Source: Collinsella sp. (GTDB lineage Bacteria > Actinomycetota > Coriobacteriia > Coriobacteriales > Coriobacteriaceae). From it: 64,000 nt of DNA. Position numbers and translations under genes: made by a program. Shown in pieces: positions 30,310-40,377 of the stretch (position 1 is its first letter; each line of letters begins with the position of its first letter). The notes under the pieces are model-generated. The model was given only the letters and a program-made list of their open reading frames with translations, made no database searches and was not told where the DNA came from. The stretch spans positions 11,159 through 75,158 of the forward strand of contig DXLR01000016.1 of the NCBI GenBank assembly GCA_019414625.1, read 5' to 3'.

Positions 30310-32034
30310 TCATGCTGCCTGAGAAGCAACGAGCTCTCTGTAATACTCGCATGTGTCCATCAGGATTTCATGCGGACCTTGCGCGACAACTTGACCTTCA
30401 TTCACGACAACAATCCAATCAGAACTCAAAATCTGAGACAACCTATGCGCCGTACAGAGTACGGTAATTGATGAGAATGCCTTACGGATGATGTCATTTA
30501 TCTCATGCTCCGCTATCCCGTCGAGACTCGATGTCGGCTCATCCATAATTAATAGGTTTGGGAGCCCCAAAAATGATCGAGCCAGGGCCAGTCTTTGTTT
30601 TTGCCCTCCAGATAAAGCGGAGCCGTTTTCCCCCGTTTGATAATCGAGTCGCGGTTGCGGAAGCGTTAGTCCAACTAAATCCAGGACCTTTTCCATCTCG
30701 GAATCCGAGATTCCCTCCCGTCCGACAGACAAATTCGATCGTATCGTCCCCCTCATGACAACTGCATCTTGGTCTACATAGCCGATTGAGGCTCTCAAAC
30801 GACTTGTCTCAATTTCATTCAGGGGCATTCCATTTAACAATATCTCTCCAGAGTTTGGAAAGAAGAATTTCTCCAACAATCCCAGGCAAGTTGTTTTTCC
30901 ACCGCCCGAAGCGCCAACAATGGCGGTTCTTTTCCCTGCGGGAACGATAAAACTTGCATCTTTCAAGGCGAATTCTGTTTCTCCGTCGTAGGAAAAGCTT
31001 ACGTTGTTGAACTGTATTTCCGCAGCGCCAGAAATTATATTTGGAATCTGATGATTATATCGAATGCTTCTCTCAACGTTCATTGTCTCGAGTTCGGTGA
31101 GACGACGCTCCCCCGCTTCCGCTTCGCGCATCCTTGATATCGATCCTGACAGCTGAGATACGGATGAGGAAAACGCCGAAAAATACATTAAAAACATGAC
31201 GAGACCGGAGAATGCAATTGCTCCGTCTGCCACGCGAAAGGCGCCGAACAGTATGGTTCCAATATTTGCTAGCTGCATCAATATCGAAGCAATTGGAAAC
31301 AAGCAACTGTTGATTACTGACAGTCGCAACCCATCCTCATGTGCCCTAGAAACTTCGAGCTCCAACTCCTTACGCGAAGCATTCCACGCTCCATATGCAC
31401 GGAGCACTCTGCCTGTTCTCATGCTTTCTTGCGCGCCAGCCGTTATTCCGGTATACGCATCTTGAATCCCCTCTCTCAGTTTTACGAGGGGTCTAGACGC
31501 AATAACAGCAAACACAAGAGAAAGGACTCCGAAGGAAGCACCAACAAAGAACGTGATTGGCTCGATACACAATAGAGCTATCGTCGAACCAATCAGAATA
31601 ATTGTCGCTTGGAACAACGCGATACTCTGTCCTGGCAATGCTTTAGTTAAATCTACATCGCTTACTATTCTCTGGGAATACCATCCCGGAGCCTTAGATT
31701 CTTGCTCAAGAATTGGCAGACTGAAAAAACGTTCAACAAGCCCACAGCGCAACTCATATGCCGAGTCTTCACATATCTTACCCAGCACTAGTTGCTGGCA
31801 CATTGTTACCAGGGCATTGGAAGCGAGTATAAACACCAATGCAGCAACAATAGACCCGGAGAGCTGCCCGCTCTGAACACCTTCGATTAGCTTGCCTCCA
31901 AGCTGGGGTTGAACTAGTACCAGCAGCTCACTGATCCCCCCGAGTAGAAGGCATAAAATATATAGGAACCGATGATGGGAGATACTTCGTCCCAGCACTT
32001 TAAGCAATGTCTTCATGATCTTCACCGATTGCAA
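30310..32034 (-). CDS. ABC exporter (fused TMD+NBD, LanT-like, no C39 peptidase domain)
   Basis: 6-TM N-terminus, GASGGGKTT, LSGGQKQR, MDEPTS. Confidence 0.9.
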   Translation of the reverse strand: MQSVKIMKTLLKVLGRSISHHRFLYILCLLLGGISELLVLVQPQLGGKLIEGVQSGQLSGSIVAALVFILASNALVTMCQQLVLGKICEDSAYELRCGLVERFFSLPILEQESKAPGWYSQRIVSDVDLTKALPGQSIALFQATIILIGSTIALLCIEPITFFVGASFGVLSLVFAVIASRPLVKLREGIQDAYTGITAGAQESMRTGRVLRAYGAWNASRKELELEVSRAHEDGLRLSVINSCLFPIASILMQLANIGTILFGAFRVADGAIAFSGLVMFLMYFSAFSSSVSQLSGSISRMREAEAGERRLTELETMNVERSIRYNHQIPNIISGAAEIQFNNVSFSYDGETEFALKDASFIVPAGKRTAIVGASGGGKTTCLGLLEKFFFPNSGEILLNGMPLNEIETSRLRASIGYVDQDAVVMRGTIRSNLSVGREGISDSEMEKVLDLVGLTLPQPRLDYQTGENGSALSGGQKQRLALARSFLGLPNLLIMDEPTSSLDGIAEHEINDIIRKAFSSITVLCTAHRLSQILSSDWIVVVNEGQVVAQGPHEILMDTCEYYRELVASQAA

Positions 32035-32035
32035 A

Positions 32036-33370
32036 CTATTCCGACAGCCCGTTGACGAGACCGACTCCTTCGCTACGCCTCACGCCGTACAGCGTTTGTA
32101 TGAGTATTGAGAGCGCAACGAGAATGAATCCTGCCCCTAACACAACGCCCCCACCAACAAGCGGTCTCCAGAATGATGGGGTAATTCCGATTGGAATACC
32201 GATAAGATAGCCGGTCAATATTGCCGGCATTGCTCCAATCGCCGCAGCAGCCACAACGTGAACAGCTGCTTCAATGAGGCAGGCTACCAAGAGGCTGCTG
32301 CGCCGAATCCCAAGCGACAGGTATTGTGCGGCATCTTTTTTCCGACTATCAAAAGAAAGAAAGGAGGATACGGCCGCGCCGGTGCAACTTAGTATTACAG
32401 GACCACCAAATAGTATTATTGAGCTTGTCCAATCCAAAGATGTATTGAGGCCGGTTAATCCAATTCGGTTGATGTAGCCTGTCAAGACATCGGTCATCAC
32501 ATTAAAAGAGGATAGGATTCCATATCCAACCATAATGGACACTTCCGATGAACCCGCTATTTCAATCTGATGCAAGGCATTTCGAGCCGCGATAAAGCCT
32601 GGAATGTTGCTGACAGAAACTCCCTTATTTAATAGTTTCAACACCGCAGTTAACAGCCAAGGAGATGCAACGGCGAAGATGCTGGTCGCAAAAAGCGGCA
32701 CCATCATCGCATAGTCGAAATATCCTTCTCGCAATTGATCCGGAAGATCGCACAGGTATAAAGAAAATGCCACCACAAGCAGGAACCCAATTGCGGCCCT
32801 TAAGGGAGACCTCCATTTTGTAGGCATCTCGGTCTCCCGCACGACTGTGACTGGGGGAATATTCGCCGCTCGCCTCGCAGCTCGGTAACCGCCAACAACA
32901 AACAAGATTCCCGCACCAAACCAGACAGCAGGCATGTTGAATAGACCCAGATCAAGGGTAATATTGCTCGGAGGATTATATGAGCTAAAAACCAATGGAA
33001 ACAACAGGGGGTAAGATAACACTTCGAACGCCGAACCACCAGCCGCTCCGACAATAGCAATCGCGAACAGTTGCATCAACACAATCAATCGAATTGTCCG
33101 AGGGCTGGCTCCAACAATCTGCCACAGTGCATAAGTTTTCGCCTTCAACGAAACCGCCTGCTGCGCCAAAGGCACCAACAAGGAGACGCCGGCTATCGAC
33201 GAGAAGAGAACCACTACAGTACCGAGGTTTTTGAGATTATCGAATTGACTTGCAGTTGACTCGATCGAAACTGCCCAGCTGCCGAGATATCCGAAAACCA
33301 CCGCAATTGCAAGCAATCCACCCCATACGGCCTTTGTGCTCGTTAGGTCAGCGAATACCAAGCGAATCAT
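32036..33370 (-). CDS. FtsX-like ABC permease (export or immunity)
   Basis: Multi-TM, YALWQIVGASPRTIR and YLSLGIRRS FtsX-type motifs; coupled to the ATPase. Confidence 0.8.
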   Translation of the reverse strand: MIRLVFADLTSTKAVWGGLLAIAVVFGYLGSWAVSIESTASQFDNLKNLGTVVVLFSSIAGVSLLVPLAQQAVSLKAKTYALWQIVGASPRTIRLIVLMQLFAIAIVGAAGGSAFEVLSYPLLFPLVFSSYNPPSNITLDLGLFNMPAVWFGAGILFVVGGYRAARRAANIPPVTVVRETEMPTKWRSPLRAAIGFLLVVAFSLYLCDLPDQLREGYFDYAMMVPLFATSIFAVASPWLLTAVLKLLNKGVSVSNIPGFIAARNALHQIEIAGSSEVSIMVGYGILSSFNVMTDVLTGYINRIGLTGLNTSLDWTSSIILFGGPVILSCTGAAVSSFLSFDSRKKDAAQYLSLGIRRSSLLVACLIEAAVHVVAAAAIGAMPAILTGYLIGIPIGITPSFWRPLVGGGVVLGAGFILVALSILIQTLYGVRRSEGVGLVNGLSE

Positions 33371-34092
33371 TTGGCCACCTCAAATGCAGCCAGTATTTCT
33401 TTAGGGCTGGGACTGTCCATCTCACGTTTGATAGTTCCATCAATAAAAACTAGCACCCGATCCGCAAGGGCCGCTGCCTCCAAGTCATGGGTAACCAAAA
33501 GGACTGAACGTCCTTCGACATCAACCAGGTTGCGAAGAATTTTCAAGACATGTTGAGTGTTTTCCGCATCTAGGGCACCTGTCGGCTCATCCGCAAAAAT
33601 GATATCGGCGTTCGTCGCAAGCGCACGGGCTATAGAAACGCGCTGCTGTTCACCGCCAGAAAGTTGAACAGGCTTCAGTTTTTGCTTTTCAGCTAACCCC
33701 ATCTTTGCAAACAGGTGTTGCAGATCCTGCTCAGCTACCGCAGCCCCCGAAAGACGAGCCGCAACAGATACGTTCTCTATTGCTGATAAAGATGAAATGA
33801 GATTATACGATTGAAAAATAAAACCCGCGTGCGCCCTGCGAATCTTAGATAGTTGATTTGGAGATATGCCCACGATATCATGACCTGCAAGTTTTATCGT
33901 CCCTTCTGTGGGAGACTCCAACCCGGAAAGGCAATGAAGCAGCGTTGACTTTCCGGAACCACTCGGTCCCACTATTGCCACCATTTCTTTAGTGCCAACA
34001 TGGATGTCAACCCCTTTCAACACCTCTACAGGTTTCCCTCCTTTCTGCGCAAACGTTTTGCGAACTCCGTATGCGACAATCGGTTCACACAT
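33367..34092 (-). CDS. ABC ATP-binding protein (LolD/MacB type)
   Basis: GPSGSGKST, GFIFQSYNL, LSGGEQQR, ADEPTGALD. Confidence 0.93.
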   Translation of the reverse strand: MCEPIVAYGVRKTFAQKGGKPVEVLKGVDIHVGTKEMVAIVGPSGSGKSTLLHCLSGLESPTEGTIKLAGHDIVGISPNQLSKIRRAHAGFIFQSYNLISSLSAIENVSVAARLSGAAVAEQDLQHLFAKMGLAEKQKLKPVQLSGGEQQRVSIARALATNADIIFADEPTGALDAENTQHVLKILRNLVDVEGRSVLLVTHDLEAAALADRVLVFIDGTIKREMDSPSPKEILAAFEVAK

Positions 34093-34122
34093 TCTTATCT
34101 CCCAATTGCTTCAAGCTCCCAA

Positions 34123-34165
34123 CTCATAAGAAATGGAAGACATGAAGCCTTCCATTTCTTATGAG
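34123..34165 (-). terminator. Strong hairpin after precursor 2
   Basis: ctcataagaaatggaag / cttccatttcttatgag, 17-bp perfect arms. Confidence 0.8.
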
Positions 34166-34168
34166 CAA

Positions 34169-34300
34169 CTATCCGAAGATGCCACAGAAGAAACTTAGAT
34201 TGCTCTGCTTTCCATCACAACCCCAGCTCCATCCAGAAGCGCGGAGATCGACATCTGGCTCTGCCGGAGTCATTGCCTGAAGTTGGAGCAGCGCGTTCAC
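34169..34300 (-). CDS. lanA: Class III lanthipeptide precursor 2 (43 aa, not in the ORF track)
   Basis: GAGGGGAGG RBS, GTG start; MNALLQLQAMTPAEPDVDLRASGWSWGCDGKQSNLSFFCGIFG*; first 10 aa identical to precursor 1; two SxxSxxC motifs. Confidence 0.9.
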   Translation of the reverse strand: MNALLQLQAMTPAEPDVDLRASGWSWGCDGKQSNLSFFCGIFG

Positions 34301-34339
34301 CCGCACCACACCTCCCCTCAAAAAAACAAGTAGGTAAGA

Positions 34340-34371
34340 GGCCCACAGGGTCTATTAAAACCCTGTGGGCC
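34340..34371 (-). terminator. Hairpin between the two precursor genes
   Basis: ggcccacaggg-tctattaaaa-ccctgtgggcc. Confidence 0.75.
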
Positions 34372-34377
34372 GCGGCC

Positions 34378-34509
34378 TTAGTGGTGGCCTCCGCACCACA
34401 GGCTTGCAGCGCTGTTGTCGCCATCGCAGAAGAAGCTCAAGCCCGAACCGCGAGGATCGATCTCAGCGCCGGACGACTTCATCGCCTGGAGTTGAAGCAA
34501 TGCATTCAT
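34378..34509 (-). CDS. lanA: Class III lanthipeptide precursor 1 (43 aa)
   Basis: AAAGGAGG RBS; MNALLQLQAMKSSGAEIDPRGSGLSFFCDGDNSAASLWCGGHH*; LLQLQ leader motif; two SxxSxxC motifs. Confidence 0.92.
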   Translation of the reverse strand: MNALLQLQAMKSSGAEIDPRGSGLSFFCDGDNSAASLWCGGHH

Positions 34510-34544
34510 TTCTAACCTCCTTTCCTTTTTTCGTAAATGCGAAA

Positions 34545-37124
34545 CTAATGAAGAGGAACGGGGAACCATTCGCATCTACGCGACTGAAAGGACAATAGGA
34601 ATCCGATCAAGCCTGCTGACCCAGTGGAATAATCCGCAGATAAACAGGCTCCTCCGTTCCCAACCATGAATATGGATTCATCCTCATCGCGCGCAAATAG
34701 GAATCCATTCGCGACATTCCTGATCATCAACCGAAGGGGCGCCTCATCTTTTGGGTTTGGCGAACAGAGCAGGGCAGCAGCTTTTCCACAAATCCCACAA
34801 AATAGTCCGCCGTTTAACGAGATGGGCTCTTCTATATTCAAACTCATCTTTTCCAGCTCATCAGTCCAGCTGTTAGGAGTGCAATACGTCAAGGCGAAGA
34901 ACACTCCCGCCGTCCCCTCAGAGAGATAGCCGAAGTTGACGCCATCGTAATTAACAAAGTAACCGTTTTCCCCGAAGCTCAGAAGGTCCATCTCGAATTT
35001 AAGGCAATCTTGCATCAGTGCTAACCAGTCTGAGCTGCCGTGAAAATACTCCATCAAACGCTTGCACGCAATGGCAGCCCCTGACCAGCCATCAAATAGG
35101 CCCACAGCATTTCCGGTTTCCGAGCCTGGGCTCACCAAACATTCATGAGACTGGATCGCCGTCTTCAGCTGTTCTGCCGCAGATTCAATGAGGCGAGATA
35201 GTCGTGGCTCTTCGGTGTCTTCTTCAAGCTGGCAGAGCGCAAGAATTGTCCCGGAAAGGCCGGTTCGAATCGAAAGGTCATGTCGGTTGATAGCGGGCAG
35301 TTCAGACGGCACAAGCGCAAGCGCCTCCCGCGTATACCCAGATTGTGACAATGCACTTGCGATTCCTGACACCCCACGCAAGAGGCCGTGAAATCCAATA
35401 GACGTTCCTGCATCGAGCTTCCTCTTTATCCATTCCACATCTTCTTGAACGTTCATTCCTGCACGAGACATCATTAGCATTATTCCTGCTGCTCCAGTCT
35501 CGATGTCCAGTGAACCGGAGTCGTCATGCAAGAATTGCGAAGCATCGCCCGGATATCTTCTTTCATCCCCGGATTCAATCAACATCCGCGATGACATTCT
35601 GATGCCCGCGGCAAGCCGATTTATCAGCTCACCGCAATTAATATCAGTTGCCACATACGGGGAATAGTCAAATCTGTCTCGTAGCAAGCTCGAAGGTACA
35701 TTGGCCCTGGCGTCTGACAGCAGATTCATCGTCTCTTCAGAGAATAGACTCTCCACGTGAACAAGGCTTGTCTCCAGCGCTCTAGGACTGAATGCCGTGG
35801 ACCAAGAGGGCCAGAAGATATAAAACAGCAAATTTGTGAGAGCGAATGCGTCGCGATCAGCATTACCACACCTCTCGTAGGGAATGAATCCTGGAGTACC
35901 CAGAACGCCCGAATCATCGCCCTCAACGTGTCGGGCTCCTTCGAAATCGATTACCGAAACGCTTTCATCAGGCCCAACAATGAAGTTCTTCATATTTATG
36001 TCCATTATCGCTATGCTCCGAGAATGGACCTCGTTTACGAGCCTGATGATGGCCCTCGCGATTCGCAGAGCTCTTTTTTCAAACTTTTCAACAAGAGCCA
36101 TTTCGAGGGAAAATGGATAATTAGACGCAAGCCATGTTTGGAGCGATACTCCTTCGACGAATTCTTCAATCAGAAATTCATGCCCATCGATCACCTTATA
36201 TCCAAGGTACTCGGGAATACCGCCAATGCCCTGTAATTGTATCAATGCCTCCTTTTCTCTCCGCAGCCTGGCAATGGCGTCTTCCTCACCCGTGTAACCA
36301 GCAAAGGGACGAGCTTCCTTCAAAACCACGCTTTTGCCGGTTGCCTCATTCCTTCCGAGATATACCCCTCCACCATTGCTGAAATGAAGGCTATCGAGAA
36401 TCGAATACGGCGCGAGTTCTCTTGCTAGAGAGTCAGCATCGGGATTCAATCTCTCGAAAACTTCTGCTTCGATTTTTTGCGGTACTTTTACGAAATCCGG
36501 GAGAACGAAAAACGGTACCCGCTTGTCCTCAATCGTGTTTCCATCTGGAGTGGCAATCACCATGACATTCTTGCCACCTTCAAGCACTTGCTTGCGATAG
36601 TAAAAGCCACCATAGCGAAAATACACTGAGCCGTTTCCATATTTTGTATCGGAAAGAATATACGGGCCCTCAACGTTCTCGGTCAATTCATTGAGGCTAT
36701 CTAGCAGATAGCAAAACTGCTCATCGTCTCTAGGATACACAGTAATAAATTTACCGGATCCCGATCGATCTGCGTACTTCATATTCGATTGATAGAAAGC
36801 AGTTGTAGTCGCTCTAAATTTAAATGGGACACCCTTTTTGAGCAAGAAGTTGGATATGTTATCCAAGACGAAATCTTCCATTCCCGGACGAACGCTAATG
36901 TGTATCTTCCATCCTTGCAAAGGAAGCTCATAGCAATCGGGGAAACAGTATCTCCAAGTATCATCCTCCGTTGTTGACCAGCTTTCCGGCAAATCAACTC
37001 GATACTCTCGTCCTACCTTGAAACTCGTCTTTTCATAAAACGGAGAGCTTGGGAACACATGTTTGAATCTGTACTCAGTCAGATTTTTATACGGTAATGC
37101 TGACTTCTTATTATCCAACTCCAA
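34545..37124 (-). CDS. lanKC: Class III lanthipeptide synthetase (lyase-kinase-cyclase)
   Basis: QGWKIHIS, SGKFITVYP, GPYILSD, YFRYGGF (lyase); HFSNGGGVY, VVLKEARP, IDFE (kinase); LanC-like GxAG repeats with no evident Zn-ligand set. Confidence 0.93.
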   Translation of the reverse strand: MELDNKKSALPYKNLTEYRFKHVFPSSPFYEKTSFKVGREYRVDLPESWSTTEDDTWRYCFPDCYELPLQGWKIHISVRPGMEDFVLDNISNFLLKKGVPFKFRATTTAFYQSNMKYADRSGSGKFITVYPRDDEQFCYLLDSLNELTENVEGPYILSDTKYGNGSVYFRYGGFYYRKQVLEGGKNVMVIATPDGNTIEDKRVPFFVLPDFVKVPQKIEAEVFERLNPDADSLARELAPYSILDSLHFSNGGGVYLGRNEATGKSVVLKEARPFAGYTGEEDAIARLRREKEALIQLQGIGGIPEYLGYKVIDGHEFLIEEFVEGVSLQTWLASNYPFSLEMALVEKFEKRALRIARAIIRLVNEVHSRSIAIMDINMKNFIVGPDESVSVIDFEGARHVEGDDSGVLGTPGFIPYERCGNADRDAFALTNLLFYIFWPSWSTAFSPRALETSLVHVESLFSEETMNLLSDARANVPSSLLRDRFDYSPYVATDINCGELINRLAAGIRMSSRMLIESGDERRYPGDASQFLHDDSGSLDIETGAAGIMLMMSRAGMNVQEDVEWIKRKLDAGTSIGFHGLLRGVSGIASALSQSGYTREALALVPSELPAINRHDLSIRTGLSGTILALCQLEEDTEEPRLSRLIESAAEQLKTAIQSHECLVSPGSETGNAVGLFDGWSGAAIACKRLMEYFHGSSDWLALMQDCLKFEMDLLSFGENGYFVNYDGVNFGYLSEGTAGVFFALTYCTPNSWTDELEKMSLNIEEPISLNGGLFCGICGKAAALLCSPNPKDEAPLRLMIRNVANGFLFARDEDESIFMVGNGGACLSADYSTGSAGLIGFLLSFQSRRCEWFPVPLH

Positions 37125-40087
37125 CCCCTCCCTCTCCGGACTTTACTGCACGGCATTCGAAGACTTCTTACTGATATAGATAATAGACCAAAAGTTAACC
37201 TATTCGTTTAACAATTTCTCGATTTCTTATGGCTTTGCTATATGAATCAAAACAGCTTCCTGCCTAGAACGTGATAGCCACCGGATTGTATGCTTGCAAT
37301 AGCCTGCATCGATACTTCGAACAAGTGGTACGCCCGCTCCCCGAAAACAACATCGCCCTCGAACCGTGTCTGGTTTCATTTTCCATGAGAGACACCTCGC
37401 GTCGAAAGGGCCCATATGTCCGCAAGGAGGAACATCGTACACAAGCTCGCAAAAAAGGGGCTGAAACGGTACCGAGGCGTCGACGACAGGGCCTCAAGAC
37501 CATCTCGCGAAGCGCACTTACGAGGAAAACATCGACGCTGACTGCCTTTTTCTGATACTGGGTGCCAATCTCTCGAGGCTCTTCATCAACGTCCTTTTCA
37601 GGTGTGTGAAGAGCATCTCGGGTCCGACCATTCGCGCGTTCCTGTGGCCGACTTGGAGGAATCCCGAATATACCGCTTGTTCCGCAACGAGCACACTGCC
37701 TCGAGATCCCCGGTGGGAAGCACCCCTGCAGACATTCGGCATTCTCCCGCGAGGTCGACGCCTATACCCCACCCACAACCCGTCCGTAAGGATTGAACGC
37801 GTCCGGCCTGAGCCGACGTCGCCTCGGTCCACGCCCCCGTCTCGGAGCGAGGCCACCGGCGCACTCGTCCATCGCCCCCCCGTTCGAGATGGATATGCGC
37901 CAAGAGTCTCCCCGACATGGAGGCACATTCCCGGATCGCGGCGGGCGAACGTACCCTCGAAAAAGACATGTGCTCCCCGTGTACCATCGTCCCGGACAAC
38001 TGAATCACCGTAGTCAGCGGAAACGCAAGGGGCCCGATGGACAAACAGCTGTTGCCTTGAGACTGCGGAGCACCACGGCTACACGATTCTCTCTACCCGA
38101 GCCCTGCAGGCCGAAAGACCAAGCGGCGAAAACGGACGACCAAGCGAGCCGTGCGAACTTCCGATCTTCGAGGAGCTCGCTAATGAGCTCGCCTGCATCG
38201 TAGGAGCGCTCAGCTCCAAGCCGTTCTCTTGGCGGGATGGAAATTGAGATGACGTATCCCTTGAAGAGGAATCTGCGTGCCGTGCGTGCTGACCTTCGAA
38301 CTCCGAACGCGACGACGACTCGAAGTATCGCCCGATCACCGCACGCGGCCTGAGCGGGCGCAGCAGTCGACCCCTTCCGGCTGGACAGCTATCTCCTTCC
38401 CGGCCGCAGTGCACTGACGTAACTGGCAATATCCCACCGACTTGGTTCGCATGCCGCCGTATTACGCCGAGGCACAAACCCATTGCAGTCCGAATCACAG
38501 CGAAGCCGACGATGCAGCGGTAACCCCCGACGCCACGGCGGCGTAGGATTGCCACACGTTCCAAGCAACAACCCATCGAGCGCGCACGGACTGCCGTATG
38601 CCCCGTCCCTCGACGACCTAGGGATGCCACGCGGAAACACCCGGCGTCATTATGCGGCCTTTCGATGCGTCAACTCCTGGAAATCGATCGATAGAGCTAT
38701 AGAAGTACCCTTTGGGCACGCAGGAGCGATTAGAAAACATGGAGGCGGAGGTCAGCTCGGAGGCAGGGAAGCTGATCGGATTCATTCTTGACTCAGGCTC
38801 GATGCAGCTACAGGCCTACGTCTCATACACGAACATCCTGTCACTATCCAAGCGCGACAGGCGCGACGAGGTCGGACAACCCCGCATCAGGATCAATAAG
38901 CTCGGCGGTACAGTACACTACGCCAGAGTGAACAACGCCATACCGCTCCAGCCGAAAACGCAGGCCGCAAGGAAGCGTGCGCCGGCATTCCGAGAATCAT
39001 ACACCGCTTGATAGCCGGCCATCTCTGAATGCTTCGGTGTGTTTTCGGTATGTAATTCACTGAGGACGAATTTGGTCCGGCGGGACCGCTCCAGACGGTA
39101 AGTATGCGCGTACGACAAGAGGCGATTGAGCTTGCTCTCTGCGCGCTAGCCGAGAACATGCCGTCTTCGGAGACTGTCGGGCTCGCCGGCGCTTTGAGGA
39201 CCATGATGGCCAACCAGACGGGACAAACTTCCTCTCGCTTGTTTCCCAGGTAGAATCCGGCTCAGAGACCCGGACCATGGGGTGAGCGCATCGAACACCG
39301 ACGAAGGGGCCACCCACTACGCGGCAATGGGGAAGCATCCCGTTCAAGGCTGTGCTGGACGACTTATGGGTAACAGGCTCCGCCCCATCCACGGTGCTGA
39401 GGTGGAAATATGTCAAACTCGGCTAGGCATTGCGAGTTGAGGGTCGACCTGCCCCCAGCTTGCATATGCTTTCTTCAGAGCCTCAAAGAACTCGCAACGA
39501 ATGGCTCTTGAGAAAGAAACGGGAGCTATGAAAACCACACGCGAAAAGGCGCTCTCCGACGTCGGAACCGTGAGGACGGAACGATCGACATCAGCGTCGC
39601 GGTAAAGCCGCTGCTGGAGGGACTGCTCAACACTGCGATGGATAAACAGGCATTGAAGTTCAGGGGGTGCGCTGCATGTTCCGCAGGCCGCACTGGCAAC
39701 AAGGGCTACTCCGAAGGGTTCTTCGACCGCTCAAACAAAAACTCTTCCACCAAAAAGCCTGGATCGGCGCGGGTGTCGCCGAGCTCATGTCCGAGCCTGA
39801 TATCTGAATACCGCGGCTCCGTTCGGGTCGCATTACGCAAGCTCTCAGCTGGTTCAAGCGCGACAATCCACGAATCGCGTTGGCAATGCGATGTTGATAT
39901 CAAAATGTCCACAACTCTGCCCGCGTTAACAGCCCCATGTCGAACACGATATTTATCCTATAAGGTCTTTTCGGCACCGTTAATACTGAACCGGATATTA
40001 ACGGTATATAAATGGGGGGGGCTACTTTCTCAATTTAAAGTAAATTTCTCGAGGCAATTGATTCGGCTAATATGTTGTTTATCCACT

Positions 40088-40369
40088 CTAGTCCGCGCTT
40101 TGTTCACGATAGAACGCCAGGTAATCTTCCATGAATTTCTCTCCGAAATTCTTACGTGCCTCTTCCGCGCTCATATATTCAATTAGATCTCCGGGCTGGC
40201 AGTCGAATATCTCGCAAAGCCGATTAAGCGTCTCGATCCTCAATGCCCTTACCTTGCCGTTTTTAAGTTTGGAAATCGTCTGGACGCTGCAGCCAAACTC
40301 ATCAGCAAGATCGTTCGATTGCATTTTACGGGAGGCTAACATCTTATCCAGATTAAAAATAATCGCCAT
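40088..40369 (-). CDS. Cro/C1 (XRE) HTH regulator
   Basis: ISKLKNGKVRALRIETLNRLCEIFDCQPGDLIEY. Confidence 0.9.
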   Translation of the reverse strand: MAIIFNLDKMLASRKMQSNDLADEFGCSVQTISKLKNGKVRALRIETLNRLCEIFDCQPGDLIEYMSAEEARKNFGEKFMEDYLAFYREQSAD

Positions 40370-40377
40370 AAGGCACC

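Noticed and set aside
34378..34575. 65-aa version of precursor 1 in the ORF track
   Set aside because: It overlaps lanKC; the SD at about 34515-34522 and identity with precursor 2 place the start at 34509
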